DNA of 64,000 bases from Candidatus Dormiibacterota bacterium (GCA_955652705.1 CATPBK010000100.1:661-64660); one strand, 5' to 3'; shown: positions 44,567-54,696, counted from the stretch's first letter. The notes: a model not told the origin generated them from the sequence alone. Translations and numbers: made by a program.

Positions 44567-46009
44567 TTAGGGGCCGAGCAGATAGCCAAGGCGCCGGGGG
44601 AGGTGTGCCAGCGCCGAAGCCAGGGCGGGCGGCCGGCGGCCACGCTCCTCCGCTTGATCCTTGGCGATGATGGCCCTCCGCAGCACGGCCGCCCCCAGCG
44701 ACCGGAGAGGCTCCGGCGGATAGAGCCGGAGCGGCCGGTCGACCATCGGCAGGTGCGTCAATTCGGTGTCGGCCCCGGACACCAGGTCAGCCAGCACCTG
44801 GCCTGCTAGATGCGCGGGCGCCACGCCGTTGCCCGTGTACCCCAGCGCGTAGAAGAGGTTCCTGGCCTCGAGCCGGCCGAAGACTGGCAGATGGGTCCCC
44901 GACACGTCGATCGGCCCTCCCCAGGCATCCACGATAGGAACGTCGGCGAAGCTCGGGAAGAGGCGCCGGAAGCCGTCAGCCGCCTCCGCCACGGCGCGCC
45001 GGTCACGGGTGAAGGAATCGCCGATGCGAGGGGCAGCCCGGCCTCCGCCCCCGCCGAAAGCGATCCGGCCGTCCCGCGTCGTGCGGAAATAGCGAATCGA
45101 GGTCCGCAGGTCGCTGACGAGCTCACCGCCGGTCCACCCGATCTCGGCCAGCCGCTCCGGCGCCGGCGCGGTCAGGACCATGTAGCTGCTCCAGGCCACC
45201 AGCCTTCGGCGGAGGCCGGGCCAACCGATCGCCCAGGCGTTCACGGCGATCACCGCCCGGGGGGCGCGTACCGCGCCCTGCGGGGTGACGGCCAGCGCCG
45301 GCGGCCCGGAGTCGAGGCGCGTCACAGGTGTGCCCTCATATACGCTGACGCCCTTCTCCAGCAGAATGCGCCGCAGGCCGCGCACCAGCAGCGCCGGCTG
45401 GATCGAGGCCCCGTCTCGCATGAAAGCCCCGCCCCGGAAGGCGGGCGAGGCACAGCGCCGCTTTACCTCCTGCGGGCTCAGCTCCACGAGCTCCTCCGGG
45501 GCGCCCACCTCGCGGGCCAGCCGGACCATCTCCTCGCAAACGGCTTCGTGGGGAGCGGAAGTCGCCGCGAAGAGGTAGCCCGCGCGCCTGTACCAGGCGT
45601 CGATGGCGTGCTGGTCGCACAACTCGCCGATCGCCCGGATGCTGTCGGAGATCGCCCGGCAGGCGCGGACCGCCGCCTCGGGGCCGTACAGAGTGATGAG
45701 GCCGTCCAGCTCGTCCCACCAGCCGCTCGCGAAACCGCCGTTGCGCCCGCTCGGTCCCCCGCCGCAGATGTCGGCCTCGAGAACCACCACCCGCAGGGCG
45801 GGCTGGCGTTCGGTCAGGAAATGGGCGGTCCAGAGGCCCGTGTAGCCGCCGCCGACGATGACCACGTCAGCGTTCAAGTCTTCCCGCAGCGGAGGCCGCG
45901 GTTCCTCGCCCCCCGCGGCCAGAGCCTCGCGCAGCCACCAGCTGCGCTGGCTTCCTGGGTTCTGCGCGTTGCCGACGAGGCCCAACCCCACCGGCAACGT
46001 CCGGTTCAA
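44567..46009 (-). CDS. FAD-dependent oxidoreductase (DAO family; gamma-glutamylputrescine-oxidase-like)
   Basis: The TTG at 46007-46009 forms a TTGA overlap with the permease stop. Dinucleotide fold ADVVIVGGGYTGLWTAHFL. 480 aa. The rest of the 810-aa track ORF is a shadow over the permease gene. Confidence 0.8.
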   Translation of the reverse strand: MNRTLPVGLGLVGNAQNPGSQRSWWLREALAAGGEEPRPPLREDLNADVVIVGGGYTGLWTAHFLTERQPALRVVVLEADICGGGPSGRNGGFASGWWDELDGLITLYGPEAAVRACRAISDSIRAIGELCDQHAIDAWYRRAGYLFAATSAPHEAVCEEMVRLAREVGAPEELVELSPQEVKRRCASPAFRGGAFMRDGASIQPALLVRGLRRILLEKGVSVYEGTPVTRLDSGPPALAVTPQGAVRAPRAVIAVNAWAIGWPGLRRRLVAWSSYMVLTAPAPERLAEIGWTGGELVSDLRTSIRYFRTTRDGRIAFGGGGGRAAPRIGDSFTRDRRAVAEAADGFRRLFPSFADVPIVDAWGGPIDVSGTHLPVFGRLEARNLFYALGYTGNGVAPAHLAGQVLADLVSGADTELTHLPMVDRPLRLYPPEPLRSLGAAVLRRAIIAKDQAEERGRRPPALASALAHLPRRLGYLLGP

Positions 46010-47508
46010 ATGGCGCCCACGGCCCTCGCGCTGAGCGCCGTCTCCGGCGCCGATTCGGTCGGCAGGCTGAGGTAGCGCGGGCGCCGCCTCAGGTACGTCC
46101 AGGCGAGCGCCGGCGCCGCCGCCAGCATCAGGGCGGCCGGCACGACCACGAGGAACTTCCCGTTCGTGGCGTCGAAGGCGAGATAGCCGCTGTGGACCCA
46201 GTCCGTGTAGATCAGGTAGCCAGCCAGAGCGAAGAGGCTGACCGCGCTCAAAACCGGGACGATCCCGGCGAACACCAGGCCGTAGAGGCTCTTGCTCAGC
46301 GCGTGCCTGTAGTAGACGGTGCAGGCGATGCCGGTCCAACCGTAATACCAGGCCACGAGGAGTCCGATCGAGGTCACGCCGGAGCTGACGATCGCGCCCA
46401 GGCTGTTTCCGAGCCTGAGCGAGAGGACGGCGATCAAACCGGCCAGGGTGCCCATGATCAGGGTGCCCACCCAGGGCGTCTTCCAGCGCGGGCTGACGAT
46501 CGCCCAGACCCGTCCCAGCATGCCGTCGCGTCCCATCGAGTAGGCCGTGCGCACGCTCGGTAGGAGCGTGGTCTGCAAAGTGGCCACGGTCGACGACAGG
46601 AAGGCGAGGATCGCCAGGGAGCCCCAGTACGGCCCGACCAGCTTGTTGGCGAAGGCGGTCAGCGTGGTCGCCGCGTTGTCGCTGATCTCCTTCGGGGTCA
46701 GCACCATCTGGATGGAGATGCAAGCGAGCATGAAGAGCAGCAGGAGCGCGATCATGCCGAGGATCCCGGCGCGCCCGGGGTTCTCGTTGGAGTCGACGGT
46801 CTCCTCGTTGATGTTCGCCGCCGTGTCCCAGCCCCAATAGAAGAAGACCGAGATAACGACGCCGGCCGCGATGCCCCCGAGGCCGCCCATCGAAAGTGGG
46901 CTCAGCCAGCTCAGCGAGAACTGGCTGCCCCCTCCCTTGAAGAGGCCGATGATCGAAAAGCCGAGCACCACGAGGTACTCGATGCTGAGTAGCACCCACT
47001 GGAAGCGGGCGGCGACCTGAATGCCCACCACGACCATGTACGTCACGAGCGCCAGGAAGAGGACGCCGAAGACGACCTGGTCGACCTGGTTGGCGGAGTC
47101 GAGGGTGATCGGCCCGAGACTCGTCAGGCCCCAGGCGTTGAACAGCTGGAGGAGCGCAAGACCTGCTTGGGGCCCCGCGAAGGACATGAACAGCAGATCT
47201 GTAACGATCACCACCCAGCCGTTGGTGAATCCGATGATCGGGTGGAGAGCCTTGCTGGCCCAGGTGTAAGCGGCACCACAGTTGGGGTCAGCCCGGTTCA
47301 TGTAGTAGTACGCGATGGCGATCCCGGTCACGGGCAGGAAACCGAGCCAGATCGCGGCCGGTCCCGCCAGCGCCACGGCTGCCGCCAAAGCGGCCAGCGT
47401 TGTGGCGATGCTGTAAGCCGGGGCAGTGCTCGAAACCGCGATGATGACGTCGTCCCAGAGTCCGAGTGCGCTCTTGCGCAGCTCCGGCGCGGCGGTCGTG
47501 GCTGCCAT
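46006..47508 (-). CDS. APC family amino acid/polyamine permease
   Basis: ATG at 47508 preceded by GGGGGA at about 7 nt. Translation MAATTAAPELRKSALGLWDDVIIAVSSTAPAYSI... with about 12 TM helices. Confidence 0.85.
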   Translation of the reverse strand: MAATTAAPELRKSALGLWDDVIIAVSSTAPAYSIATTLAALAAAVALAGPAAIWLGFLPVTGIAIAYYYMNRADPNCGAAYTWASKALHPIIGFTNGWVVIVTDLLFMSFAGPQAGLALLQLFNAWGLTSLGPITLDSANQVDQVVFGVLFLALVTYMVVVGIQVAARFQWVLLSIEYLVVLGFSIIGLFKGGGSQFSLSWLSPLSMGGLGGIAAGVVISVFFYWGWDTAANINEETVDSNENPGRAGILGMIALLLLFMLACISIQMVLTPKEISDNAATTLTAFANKLVGPYWGSLAILAFLSSTVATLQTTLLPSVRTAYSMGRDGMLGRVWAIVSPRWKTPWVGTLIMGTLAGLIAVLSLRLGNSLGAIVSSGVTSIGLLVAWYYGWTGIACTVYYRHALSKSLYGLVFAGIVPVLSAVSLFALAGYLIYTDWVHSGYLAFDATNGKFLVVVPAALMLAAAPALAWTYLRRRPRYLSLPTESAPETALSARAVGAI

Positions 47509-47608
47509 TCGTCGTCCCCCTTGCGTAGGCGTGCCCTGCGTTCTCTGCGCTATGTACCACACGGATTCGGCCGGGCGTCAAAGACGCCGGTATGCTGGCG
47601 GGAAAGCG

Positions 47609-48985
47609 ATGTCCAGCAGCACCGCATCGGTCGCGACCGACAGCGCTCGGATCGAAGCCTTGATCGCGCGCGAGGAAGAGCGCTTCCGGGCCGATCGGCG
47701 ACGCTCCAACCAACTCTGGAACGAAGCCCGCAAGTACAGCCCACGAGGCGTGCCCTCCTCCTTCCAGGACGCCGCTCCGCAACCGATCTTCGTCGAGAAG
47801 GGCCTCGGCAGCCGGATCTGGGACGTCGACGGCAACGAATACGTCGACTTCCACAACGGCTTCGGCGTGATGGTGGTGGGCCATGCCCATCCGCTCATCG
47901 TCCAAGCGGTCAGCGAGCGCATCGCCAGGGGATCGCATTTCGCGCAACCGGTGGCCGAGGACGCCATCGTGGCCGCCGAGCTGGCGCGGCGGTTTGGCCA
48001 GCCGCAGTGGCGCTTCACGAACAGCGGGACCGAGTCGACGCTCGACGCGGTCCGCGTCGCGCGCGGCTTCACTGGCCGCGAGCGCCTGCTCAAGATCGAG
48101 GCCTCCTACCACGGGCACCATGACGCGCTCATGGTCTCGGTCGAGCCGCCACCGGACCTGATGGGGCCGCCCGACGCGCCGGCCTCGGTCCCGCAGAGCG
48201 AAGGCATCCCGGCCGCGGCGGTGGCCCTGACGACGGTGGTGCCGTTTAACGACCTGGCGGCGCTGGAGCGGGCTTTCGAGCGCCACCCCGGCGAGGTCGC
48301 GGCGGTCATCGTCGAGCCGGCGATGATGAACGTGGGGATCGTGCTGCCCGACCAGGGCTACCTGGAAGGCGTCCGCGAGGCGGCGCACCGGCACGGAGGG
48401 CTGCTCATCTTCGACGAGGTGAAGACCGGCGTCACGATCGCGTCGGGGGGTGCCACCGAGCGCTTCGGCGTCCAGCCGGACCTGATCGCGCTGGCCAAGG
48501 CGATCGGGGGCGGGCTCCCTTGCGGCGCGATCGGAGGCAGGGCGGACGTCATGGCCGTGATCGAGGAGAAGCGGGTCGCCCAGATGGGCACGTTCAACGG
48601 CAACCCGCTCACGACGGCCGCCGCCAAGGTCACGCTCCAGGAGATCTTGACGCCGGCGGCGTATGCGCACTTCGACGCTCTGGCCGAGGTGCTCCAGGGC
48701 GGGCTGGACGGCGTCATCGCCGAGCACGCGCTGCCCTGCCACGCGATCACGATGGCGGCCCGGGGCGGCATCACGTACCGCAAGGAGCGGGTGCGCAACT
48801 ACCGCGACTACCTGGAAACGGACAAACGCGCGGCCTACCTGTCCTGGCTCTACCAGTGCAACCGGGGTGTCCTCATGGCGCCAGGCGCCGAGGAGAACTG
48901 GACCATCTCGGTGCAGCACTCTGAGGAGGATGTCCGGCGCTTCGTGGACAACTTCGCGGAGATGGCGCGCGACCTCAGGGCCTGA
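47609..48985 (+). CDS. class-III (PLP) aminotransferase, glutamate-1-semialdehyde-aminomutase-like
   Basis: 458 aa from the ATG at 47609, with motifs DVDGNEYVDFHNGFGVMVVGHAHP, LIFDEVKTG and a PLP Lys region ALAKAIGGG. Confidence 0.85.
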   Translation: MSSSTASVATDSARIEALIAREEERFRADRRRSNQLWNEARKYSPRGVPSSFQDAAPQPIFVEKGLGSRIWDVDGNEYVDFHNGFGVMVVGHAHPLIVQAVSERIARGSHFAQPVAEDAIVAAELARRFGQPQWRFTNSGTESTLDAVRVARGFTGRERLLKIEASYHGHHDALMVSVEPPPDLMGPPDAPASVPQSEGIPAAAVALTTVVPFNDLAALERAFERHPGEVAAVIVEPAMMNVGIVLPDQGYLEGVREAAHRHGGLLIFDEVKTGVTIASGGATERFGVQPDLIALAKAIGGGLPCGAIGGRADVMAVIEEKRVAQMGTFNGNPLTTAAAKVTLQEILTPAAYAHFDALAEVLQGGLDGVIAEHALPCHAITMAARGGITYRKERVRNYRDYLETDKRAAYLSWLYQCNRGVLMAPGAEENWTISVQHSEEDVRRFVDNFAEMARDLRA

Positions 48986-48989
48986 TGAG

Positions 48990-50276
48990 ATGAGCCAGCT
49001 GACCGAAGCCGACCTGGCCGGGCTGCGAGAGCGCTTCATCCCGCGCGGGCTCGCCACCGCGCACCCGCTCATCGCTGAGCGCGCCAAGGGAGCCGAGCTC
49101 TGGGACCGGGAGGGCCGGCGCTACATCGACTTCGCGGGCGGGATCGGCGTCATGAACGTGGGCCACGCCCACCCGCGCGTCATGCAGGCAGTGCTGGCAC
49201 AGCTGGAGCGGCTCACGCATACGTCCTTCCAGGTCCTCATGTACGAGTCCTACCTGCGGCTGGCCGAGCGGATCTGCAGCGTCGTCCCGGGCGACTTTCC
49301 CAAGAAGGCGATCTTCTTCAGCACCGGCGCCGAGGCGATCGAGAACGCGGTCAAAATCGCCCGCGCGGCGACTGGCCGGCCGGCCGTGATCAGCTTCCGG
49401 GGCAGCTTCCACGGCCGCACGCTCCTGGCCCTGACGCTGACCGGCTCGGTCATCCCTTACAAGCAGAGCTTTGGCCCTTATGCGCCCGAGGTCTACCAGG
49501 CTGCCTTCCCGTACGAGTACCGAGGCTGGAGCACCGAGCAAGCCCTGGCTTCGCTCGAAGATGTGTTCAGCTCCGAGGTCGCCCCCCAAAGGGTGGCCGC
49601 CATCGTGATCGAGCCGGTCCTCGGCGAAGGCGGGTTCGTGCCCGCCCCAGCGGCTTTCCTGCGCGCGCTGCGTGATCTCACCGAGCGGCACGGCATCCTG
49701 CTCATCGCCGATGAGATCCAGACCGGCTTCGGCCGGTCCGGCCGATTCTTCGCAATCGAGCACGCGGGCGTTGCGCCTGACCTGGTGGCGGTCGCGAAGA
49801 GCCTCGCGGCGGGCTTCCCGCTCTCCGGCGTGATCGGCCGGGCCGACGTCATGGACGCCCCTGACCCCGGCGGCCTGGGCGGCACTTACGGAGGCAATCC
49901 TGTCGCCTGCGCCGCGGCGCTGGCCGTGCTCGACGTCATGCACGACGAGGGCCTGCCCGAGCGGGCTCGAGGAATCGGCGAAAAGCTGGAGGAGCGGATG
50001 CGCGGCTGGGCCGCGGAACACCGCCTGGTCGGGGACCTGCGCGTGCTCGGGGCGATGGCGGGCCTGGAGCTGGTCTCCGATCGAGGCACGCGGGCGCCGG
50101 CCGCGGCGGAGACGGCCCGGATCCTTAGCCTCGCCCGCGACCGGGGGCTGATCCTCCTGCGCTGCGGCATCCACCACAACGTCATCCGCACCCTGATGCC
50201 GCTCACGATCCCGGACGACCTGCTGGAAGAGGGCCTCGACATCCTCGAGGCGGCACTGGAGGAGGTCTCGAAATGA
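48990..50276 (+). CDS. gabT: 4-aminobutyrate--2-oxoglutarate transaminase-like class-III aminotransferase
   Basis: 428 aa from the ATG at 48990, with motifs [38 protein letters not shown] and [14 protein letters not shown]. Confidence 0.8.
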   Translation: MSQLTEADLAGLRERFIPRGLATAHPLIAERAKGAELWDREGRRYIDFAGGIGVMNVGHAHPRVMQAVLAQLERLTHTSFQVLMYESYLRLAERICSVVPGDFPKKAIFFSTGAEAIENAVKIARAATGRPAVISFRGSFHGRTLLALTLTGSVIPYKQSFGPYAPEVYQAAFPYEYRGWSTEQALASLEDVFSSEVAPQRVAAIVIEPVLGEGGFVPAPAAFLRALRDLTERHGILLIADEIQTGFGRSGRFFAIEHAGVAPDLVAVAKSLAAGFPLSGVIGRADVMDAPDPGGLGGTYGGNPVACAAALAVLDVMHDEGLPERARGIGEKLEERMRGWAAEHRLVGDLRVLGAMAGLELVSDRGTRAPAAAETARILSLARDRGLILLRCGIHHNVIRTLMPLTIPDDLLEEGLDILEAALEEVSK

Positions 50277-51718
50277 AGGCAGCGATTCGCAGCCACCAGA
50301 TGTTCGTGGGCGGCGATTGGGCGCCCGGCTCCGGCGGCGAGGTCCAGGAGGTCAAGAACCCGGCGACCGGCGAGGTCATCGCGCAGGTCCCGAAGGGCAC
50401 GCCGGCGGACGTCGACGCCGCGGTGGCCGCAGCCCGTAAGGCTTACGAAGAAACCTGGTTCGATAGCACGCCCCGTGACCGCAGCGAGCGATTGCTGAAG
50501 CTCGCCGACGCCGTCGAGGCTCACGGCCAGGAGCTCGCCCGGATCGAGTCGGAGAACGTTGGCAAGCCGCTTGCCGCCACCATCTCGGAGGAGATCCCGC
50601 CCATCGCGGACACCTTCCGCTTCTTCGCCGGGGCCGCCCGGCTGCTCGAGGGACGCGCGGCCGGTGAGTACATGACCGGCTTCACGAGCTTCATCCGGCG
50701 GGAGTCGCTCGGCGTGGTTGGGTCGATCGCTCCCTGGAACTACCCGCTGCTGATGGCGGCGTGGAAGGTCGCTCCCGCGCTGGCGGCGGGCAACACCGTC
50801 GTGCTCAAGCCTTCCGAGTGGACGCCGCTCACAGCGCTGCGGCTGGCCGAGCTGGCGGCCGACATCCTGCCGCCCGGCGTCCTCAACGTGATCACCGGCG
50901 ACGGGGAGCCGGTCGGCGCCGGGCTCGTCCGCCATCCCGGAGTGAACATGGTGTCTCTGACCGGCGACGTCGCGACTGGCAAGGAGGTCGCCCGGGCCGC
51001 CGCCGCGACGCTGAAGCGCGTCCACCTCGAGCTGGGCGGCAAGGCGCCGGTGATCGTCTTCGACGACGCCGATGTGGCCGCGGTCGTGGAAGGCATCAAG
51101 GTGGGCGGCTTCTTCAACGCGGGCCAGGACTGCACCGCGGCGACGCGCGTCATCGCCGGTCCCGGGATCCATGACAGCCTGCTGGCCGACCTGGTGCCGG
51201 CCGTCAACTCCCTCCACGTCGGCGATCCCACGGCCGACGACACCGAGATGGGCCCTCTCGTTTCCGACGAGCAGCTGGACCGCGTCGCCGGCTTCGTGGA
51301 CCGGGCGCGGCAGGGCGGCGCCAAGGTGCTGGCGGGGGGCTCGCGGATCGACAAGCCGGGGTCCTGGTACAAGCCGACTGTCGTGCTGCCGCCCGCGCCC
51401 GACGCCGAGATCGTGCAGCGGGAGGTGTTCGGGCCGGTCGTCACCGTCCAGCAGTTCAGCGATGAAGAGCAGGCCCTGGCCTGGGCGAATGGTGTCGACT
51501 ACGGGCTGGCCGCTTCGGTCTGGACCCGCGACGTCGGGCGCGCGCTCCGCATGGCGCGACGGCTGCAGTTCGGGACGGTCTGGATCAACGCGCACATCCC
51601 GCTCGTGAACGAGATGCCACACGGCGGCTACAAACAGAGCGGCTACGGCAAGGACATGTCGATCTACTCACTCGAGGAGTACACGCAGATAAAGCACGTG
51701 ATGGCGTCGCTCGACTGA
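50273..51718 (+). CDS. aldehyde dehydrogenase (aminobutyraldehyde / succinate-semialdehyde dehydrogenase-like)
   Basis: 481 aa with an ATGA overlap onto the previous gene. Motifs [39 protein letters not shown]. Confidence 0.88.
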   Translation: MKAAIRSHQMFVGGDWAPGSGGEVQEVKNPATGEVIAQVPKGTPADVDAAVAAARKAYEETWFDSTPRDRSERLLKLADAVEAHGQELARIESENVGKPLAATISEEIPPIADTFRFFAGAARLLEGRAAGEYMTGFTSFIRRESLGVVGSIAPWNYPLLMAAWKVAPALAAGNTVVLKPSEWTPLTALRLAELAADILPPGVLNVITGDGEPVGAGLVRHPGVNMVSLTGDVATGKEVARAAAATLKRVHLELGGKAPVIVFDDADVAAVVEGIKVGGFFNAGQDCTAATRVIAGPGIHDSLLADLVPAVNSLHVGDPTADDTEMGPLVSDEQLDRVAGFVDRARQGGAKVLAGGSRIDKPGSWYKPTVVLPPAPDAEIVQREVFGPVVTVQQFSDEEQALAWANGVDYGLAASVWTRDVGRALRMARRLQFGTVWINAHIPLVNEMPHGGYKQSGYGKDMSIYSLEEYTQIKHVMASLD

Positions 51719-51794
51719 CGCCCGCCTTAACGCATAGCCACTTTGGCAACCGGAGGCGACGACCCGGAGGACTCGCCGGGCCTGGCAGAGGGAA

Positions 51795-51818
51795 CCTGGA
51801 AGCCGCGATTCGGCCAGG
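51795..51818 (+). terminator. possible terminator hairpin after the aldehyde dehydrogenase gene
   Basis: CCUG-GAA-GCCG-CGAUU-CGGC-CAGG followed by UUUCG. The stem is interrupted and the U tract is short. Confidence 0.3.
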
Positions 51819-51824
51819 TTTCGA

Positions 51825-52505
51825 CTAGTGCCGGGCGACCCTGATGCCGAGCTCGTCGAGGTGGATCCGGAGGTCGGCCGGGTCCTCGTAGACGCGGAAA
51901 GCGCCCGCCCGTTCCAGCTCCTCGCGGCCGTAGCCCCCAGACAGCAAGCCGACGCCCAGGGCGCGCGCCCGCTGCGCGGCGAGCATGTCCCAGACGCTGT
52001 CGCCGACGACGATGGCGTCCTGGGCGCCAACGCCCAGCTTCGCCGCGGCGGCCAGGAAGAGGTGTGGGTCCGGCTTCGCGAAAGGCACCTCGTCGCGCGT
52101 CACGACCGCTGTGCCAGGCGGGACGCCCAGGATCCGCAGCACCGGGTCGGCGCTGTGCCGCCCGCCGCTCGTGGCGATCGCCCAAGGAATGCCCATCTCG
52201 GTGAGCTGGCGGAGCAGGTCGCGGGCGCCGGGCAGGGGGCGGACCTGGGTCACCGCGCGTTCATAGGCGCGGTAGTGGGCCTCCATCACCTGGTGTGCCT
52301 CATCGGGGGCCAGGTCACGCCCCGTCTCCCGCAGCAGCGCGTTCACGAAGAGGCCGCCGCTCATGCCGATCCGCCGGTGGATGCGCCAAACGGAGAGCTC
52401 GATCCCGGACTCTTCCAGTGCCTCGCGCCAGGCGAGCACATGCTGGTAGACCGAATCGACGAGCGTGCCATCGAGGTCGAAGAGGAGAGCCGGCTGGACT
52501 TCCAT
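51825..52505 (-). CDS. HAD-superfamily hydrolase (phosphoglycolate-phosphatase-like)
   Basis: 226 aa. Motif I is LLFDLDGTLVDS; motif IV is VVGDSVWD. Confidence 0.85.
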   Translation of the reverse strand: MEVQPALLFDLDGTLVDSVYQHVLAWREALEESGIELSVWRIHRRIGMSGGLFVNALLRETGRDLAPDEAHQVMEAHYRAYERAVTQVRPLPGARDLLRQLTEMGIPWAIATSGGRHSADPVLRILGVPPGTAVVTRDEVPFAKPDPHLFLAAAAKLGVGAQDAIVVGDSVWDMLAAQRARALGVGLLSGGYGREELERAGAFRVYEDPADLRIHLDELGIRVARH

Positions 52506-52508
52506 CGG

Positions 52509-53300
52509 TTAGCAGGCCAGCTCCAGGTGCGCGCGCCGCCAGGCCCTGCGCAGCATGAATAGGCCGACTGCCGAAACAAAGGCCATGCCGCCCAGCTCGA
52601 AGACGAGGAAGAGAAGCGGCGCGACGTCCGTCGCCCGCGGGAACGGGTTGAGCCCCAGCGGGCTGGACGTGAGAAGAAGCGTGAGGAGGATCGCTATCCC
52701 CCGCATCGAGTCCCAGAGGCCGTGCAGGAGGGATACCAGCAGGTAGGCCCCGACGAACTTCCAGGTCAGCCGGAGCCGGCCCCGCCTCGCGGCGGCTCCA
52801 AAGAGAACCCCGCCCAGGATCCCTGTCCAGAGGCCGTGCCCGACCGGCGCCAGGACGCCCCGCAGCACCTCGGTCCAGACCAGGTTCAAGAGCGAGAGCC
52901 CGTGAGGCGTGAAGAGCGCGTTCAGCGCATAGCCGCTGCTTTCGAAGGCGGCGAAGCCGAAGCCGACAGCGGCCCCGAGGACGATCCCGTCGAGCGTCGT
53001 GAAGTGCCGGATGCCCCAGGCCACGAGGAGCAATGCAAGAACCTTGGCGAGCTCCTCGATCAGGCCCACGCCGAGATAGATGAAGATCCCGTCCTGGAGC
53101 AGCCAGACCTCCAGCAGCGAGGCGGTCAGCACGCCCAGCACGCCGCCATAGACGAAGGCGAAGAAGATGCGCTGGCTGGAGATGGTGGCGCTGGGGTCGT
53201 GGTCGAGATAGAAGACGACGGCGGTGGTTGGGACGAGGAAGCTGCCGAGCAGCACGACGGTCGGAATCAGATTGAGGTTGCCGGTCAGATCGGTCACCAC
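52509..53300 (-). CDS. PrsW family intramembrane metalloprotease
   Basis: 263 aa, multi-TM, with motifs GLIEELAK and HGLWTGILG / HGLWD. The N-terminal boundary is uncertain because a hydrophobic in-frame segment continues upstream without a canonical start. Confidence 0.7.
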   Translation of the reverse strand: MVTDLTGNLNLIPTVVLLGSFLVPTTAVVFYLDHDPSATISSQRIFFAFVYGGVLGVLTASLLEVWLLQDGIFIYLGVGLIEELAKVLALLLVAWGIRHFTTLDGIVLGAAVGFGFAAFESSGYALNALFTPHGLSLLNLVWTEVLRGVLAPVGHGLWTGILGGVLFGAAARRGRLRLTWKFVGAYLLVSLLHGLWDSMRGIAILLTLLLTSSPLGLNPFPRATDVAPLLFLVFELGGMAFVSAVGLFMLRRAWRRAHLELAC

Positions 53301-53471
53301 GACCGAGAGGACCCAGAGGAGTAGGCCGCTCAGAAGGACGGCCAGCCACCGCCAGCGTCGGATCGCAGGGGCGGCGCTAATCGACGACGAGCCTCGAAGC
53401 CCCCAACACCTACACGATAACCAGCCCGCTTCGGGAATGGCGATGCACGAACCTGGGTAAGAATTGGCGTA

Positions 53472-53900
53472 GTGACGATCGACTGTCCCCAGTGCGACAC
53501 CAAGAACCGGGTTGATTCGGCTGCCACGGGTGCACCCGTCTGCGGCAAGTGCAAAGAGGCCCTCCCCTGGCTCGCAGACGCCGGTGACGCCGACTTCAAG
53601 GCCGTGGTCGAGGAGTCGCCGCTCCCCGTGCTCGTCGATTTTTGGGCGCCCTGGTGCGGGCCTTGCCGAATGGTCTCGCCGGCCGTCGAGCAGATCGGCC
53701 GCGACCTCCGCGGCCGGCTGAAGGTGGTCAAGGTCAACACCGACGACAACCAGGTCCTCTCCGAGCGCTTCGATGTCCGGGGCATCCCGACGCTGGTGAT
53801 GCTGAAGGGCGGCAAGCAGGTGGACCGGGTGAGCGGGGCCATGCCCGCGCCGCAGCTGCGCCAGTGGGTGTTCGCGGCGATGCTGGCCGGCGCCCGCTAA
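53472..53900 (+). CDS. thioredoxin with N-terminal zinc-finger (thioredoxin-2 type)
   Basis: 142 aa with CPQC...CGKC followed by FWAPWCGPCR. GTG start. Confidence 0.88.
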   Translation: MTIDCPQCDTKNRVDSAATGAPVCGKCKEALPWLADAGDADFKAVVEESPLPVLVDFWAPWCGPCRMVSPAVEQIGRDLRGRLKVVKVNTDDNQVLSERFDVRGIPTLVMLKGGKQVDRVSGAMPAPQLRQWVFAAMLAGAR

Positions 53901-53907
53901 GCCCGCT

Positions 53908-54123
53908 CTAGTGAACTGTAACGGCCATTTGCGTAGCAGGCCGGAGGCTCAGAGACCGGCGTTCCAGGCCGTCGGTGCCAAGGCGCGGGTGGCGCGACGA
54001 CGAGCGCATCCAAAGATGCGTGATGTCTAGCGCCGGGCCCCGCAACACCGGCGTCAGCGCCCGGAGGGCGCCCGGCGGCCTGGAACGTCGGATGCACGTC
54101 AAATGGCCGTTACAGTCCACTAG
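53908..54123. mobile_element. MITE-like palindromic element (20-nt terminal inverted repeats, CTAG on both flanks)
   Basis: CTAG + TGAACTGTAACGGCCATTTG (53912-53931) pairs with CAAATGGCCGTTACAGTCCA (54100-54119) + CTAG, matching at 19/20. A nested 12-nt inverted repeat CGTTCCAGGCCG (53960-53971) pairs with CGGCCTGGAACG (54076-54087). There is no credible ORF inside. Confidence 0.6.
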
Positions 54124-54626
54124 TCGAAGACCAGCGCGTAACCCTGGCGCGGATGGCTGACCAGGCGGCAGGGGACCTGGGCCGCCTCCAGCCTGCCTCG
54201 CAACCTGCCGACGTACGTGCGAACCTGCTCCTGCGCCAGGTTCGGATTGCCCCAGGCGCGCGAGGGCAGCGTGGTGGTCGGGAAAAAGCGGTTCGGGTGG
54301 GCCAGCAGGAACCCGAAGAGCTGCGCTTCGCGGGGGGTCAGCGCGACGGCCCGGCCGTTGTGGCCGAGGATACCGACGTTGACGTCGAGCTCCACCCCGA
54401 CCAGCTCCCAATGACGCGTTTGCCAAAAACGTAGGCGCTCGCCGACGCGCGTCACCTCCGCCTCCAATCGCCTGATGTCGCCGATCGGAGCGCCCTGCTC
54501 GCGAGCCCGGTCCAGGATCCCGCTGTTGATCGTCGAGAGCTCCTCGTAGACGGTGACCCAGCGGCGAGCGTCCGCCGGGTACTCTGTGTCTGGATCCTCA
54601 CCAGGAATCAGCGACCGAACGGCCAC
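54120..54626 (-). CDS. winged-helix (OmpR/PhoB C-terminal type) transcriptional regulator without receiver domain
   Basis: 168 aa. The C-terminal LTPREAQLFGFLLAHPNRFF...VRTYVGRLRGRL...GYALV matches the Trans_reg_C fold. The N-terminal ~90 aa are unassigned. Confidence 0.7.
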   Translation of the reverse strand: MAVRSLIPGEDPDTEYPADARRWVTVYEELSTINSGILDRAREQGAPIGDIRRLEAEVTRVGERLRFWQTRHWELVGVELDVNVGILGHNGRAVALTPREAQLFGFLLAHPNRFFPTTTLPSRAWGNPNLAQEQVRTYVGRLRGRLEAAQVPCRLVSHPRQGYALVFD

Positions 54627-54696
54627 CCCCAGCAGTCCCCCTGTTGACGAAGCCGGCTGCAGAAGAGCCTAGCACTTTGGTTTTACGTGCCGGCTT

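Noticed and set aside
46010-46999. 810-aa ORF fusing the FAD oxidase to about 330 upstream codons
   Set aside because: The upstream part is an Arg/Gly/Pro-rich alternative frame of the APC permease gene. The TTG at 46009 coupled to the permease stop gives a normal-length DAO-family protein.
51823-51830. Recurrent ACTAGT/CTAG at gene ends (13245, 51823, 54118), considered as a separate motif
   Set aside because: Given the base composition, roughly five ACTAGT sites are expected by chance in 64 kb. Only the extended 13-nt core ACTGTAACGGCCA is significant, and the 51823 site lacks it.
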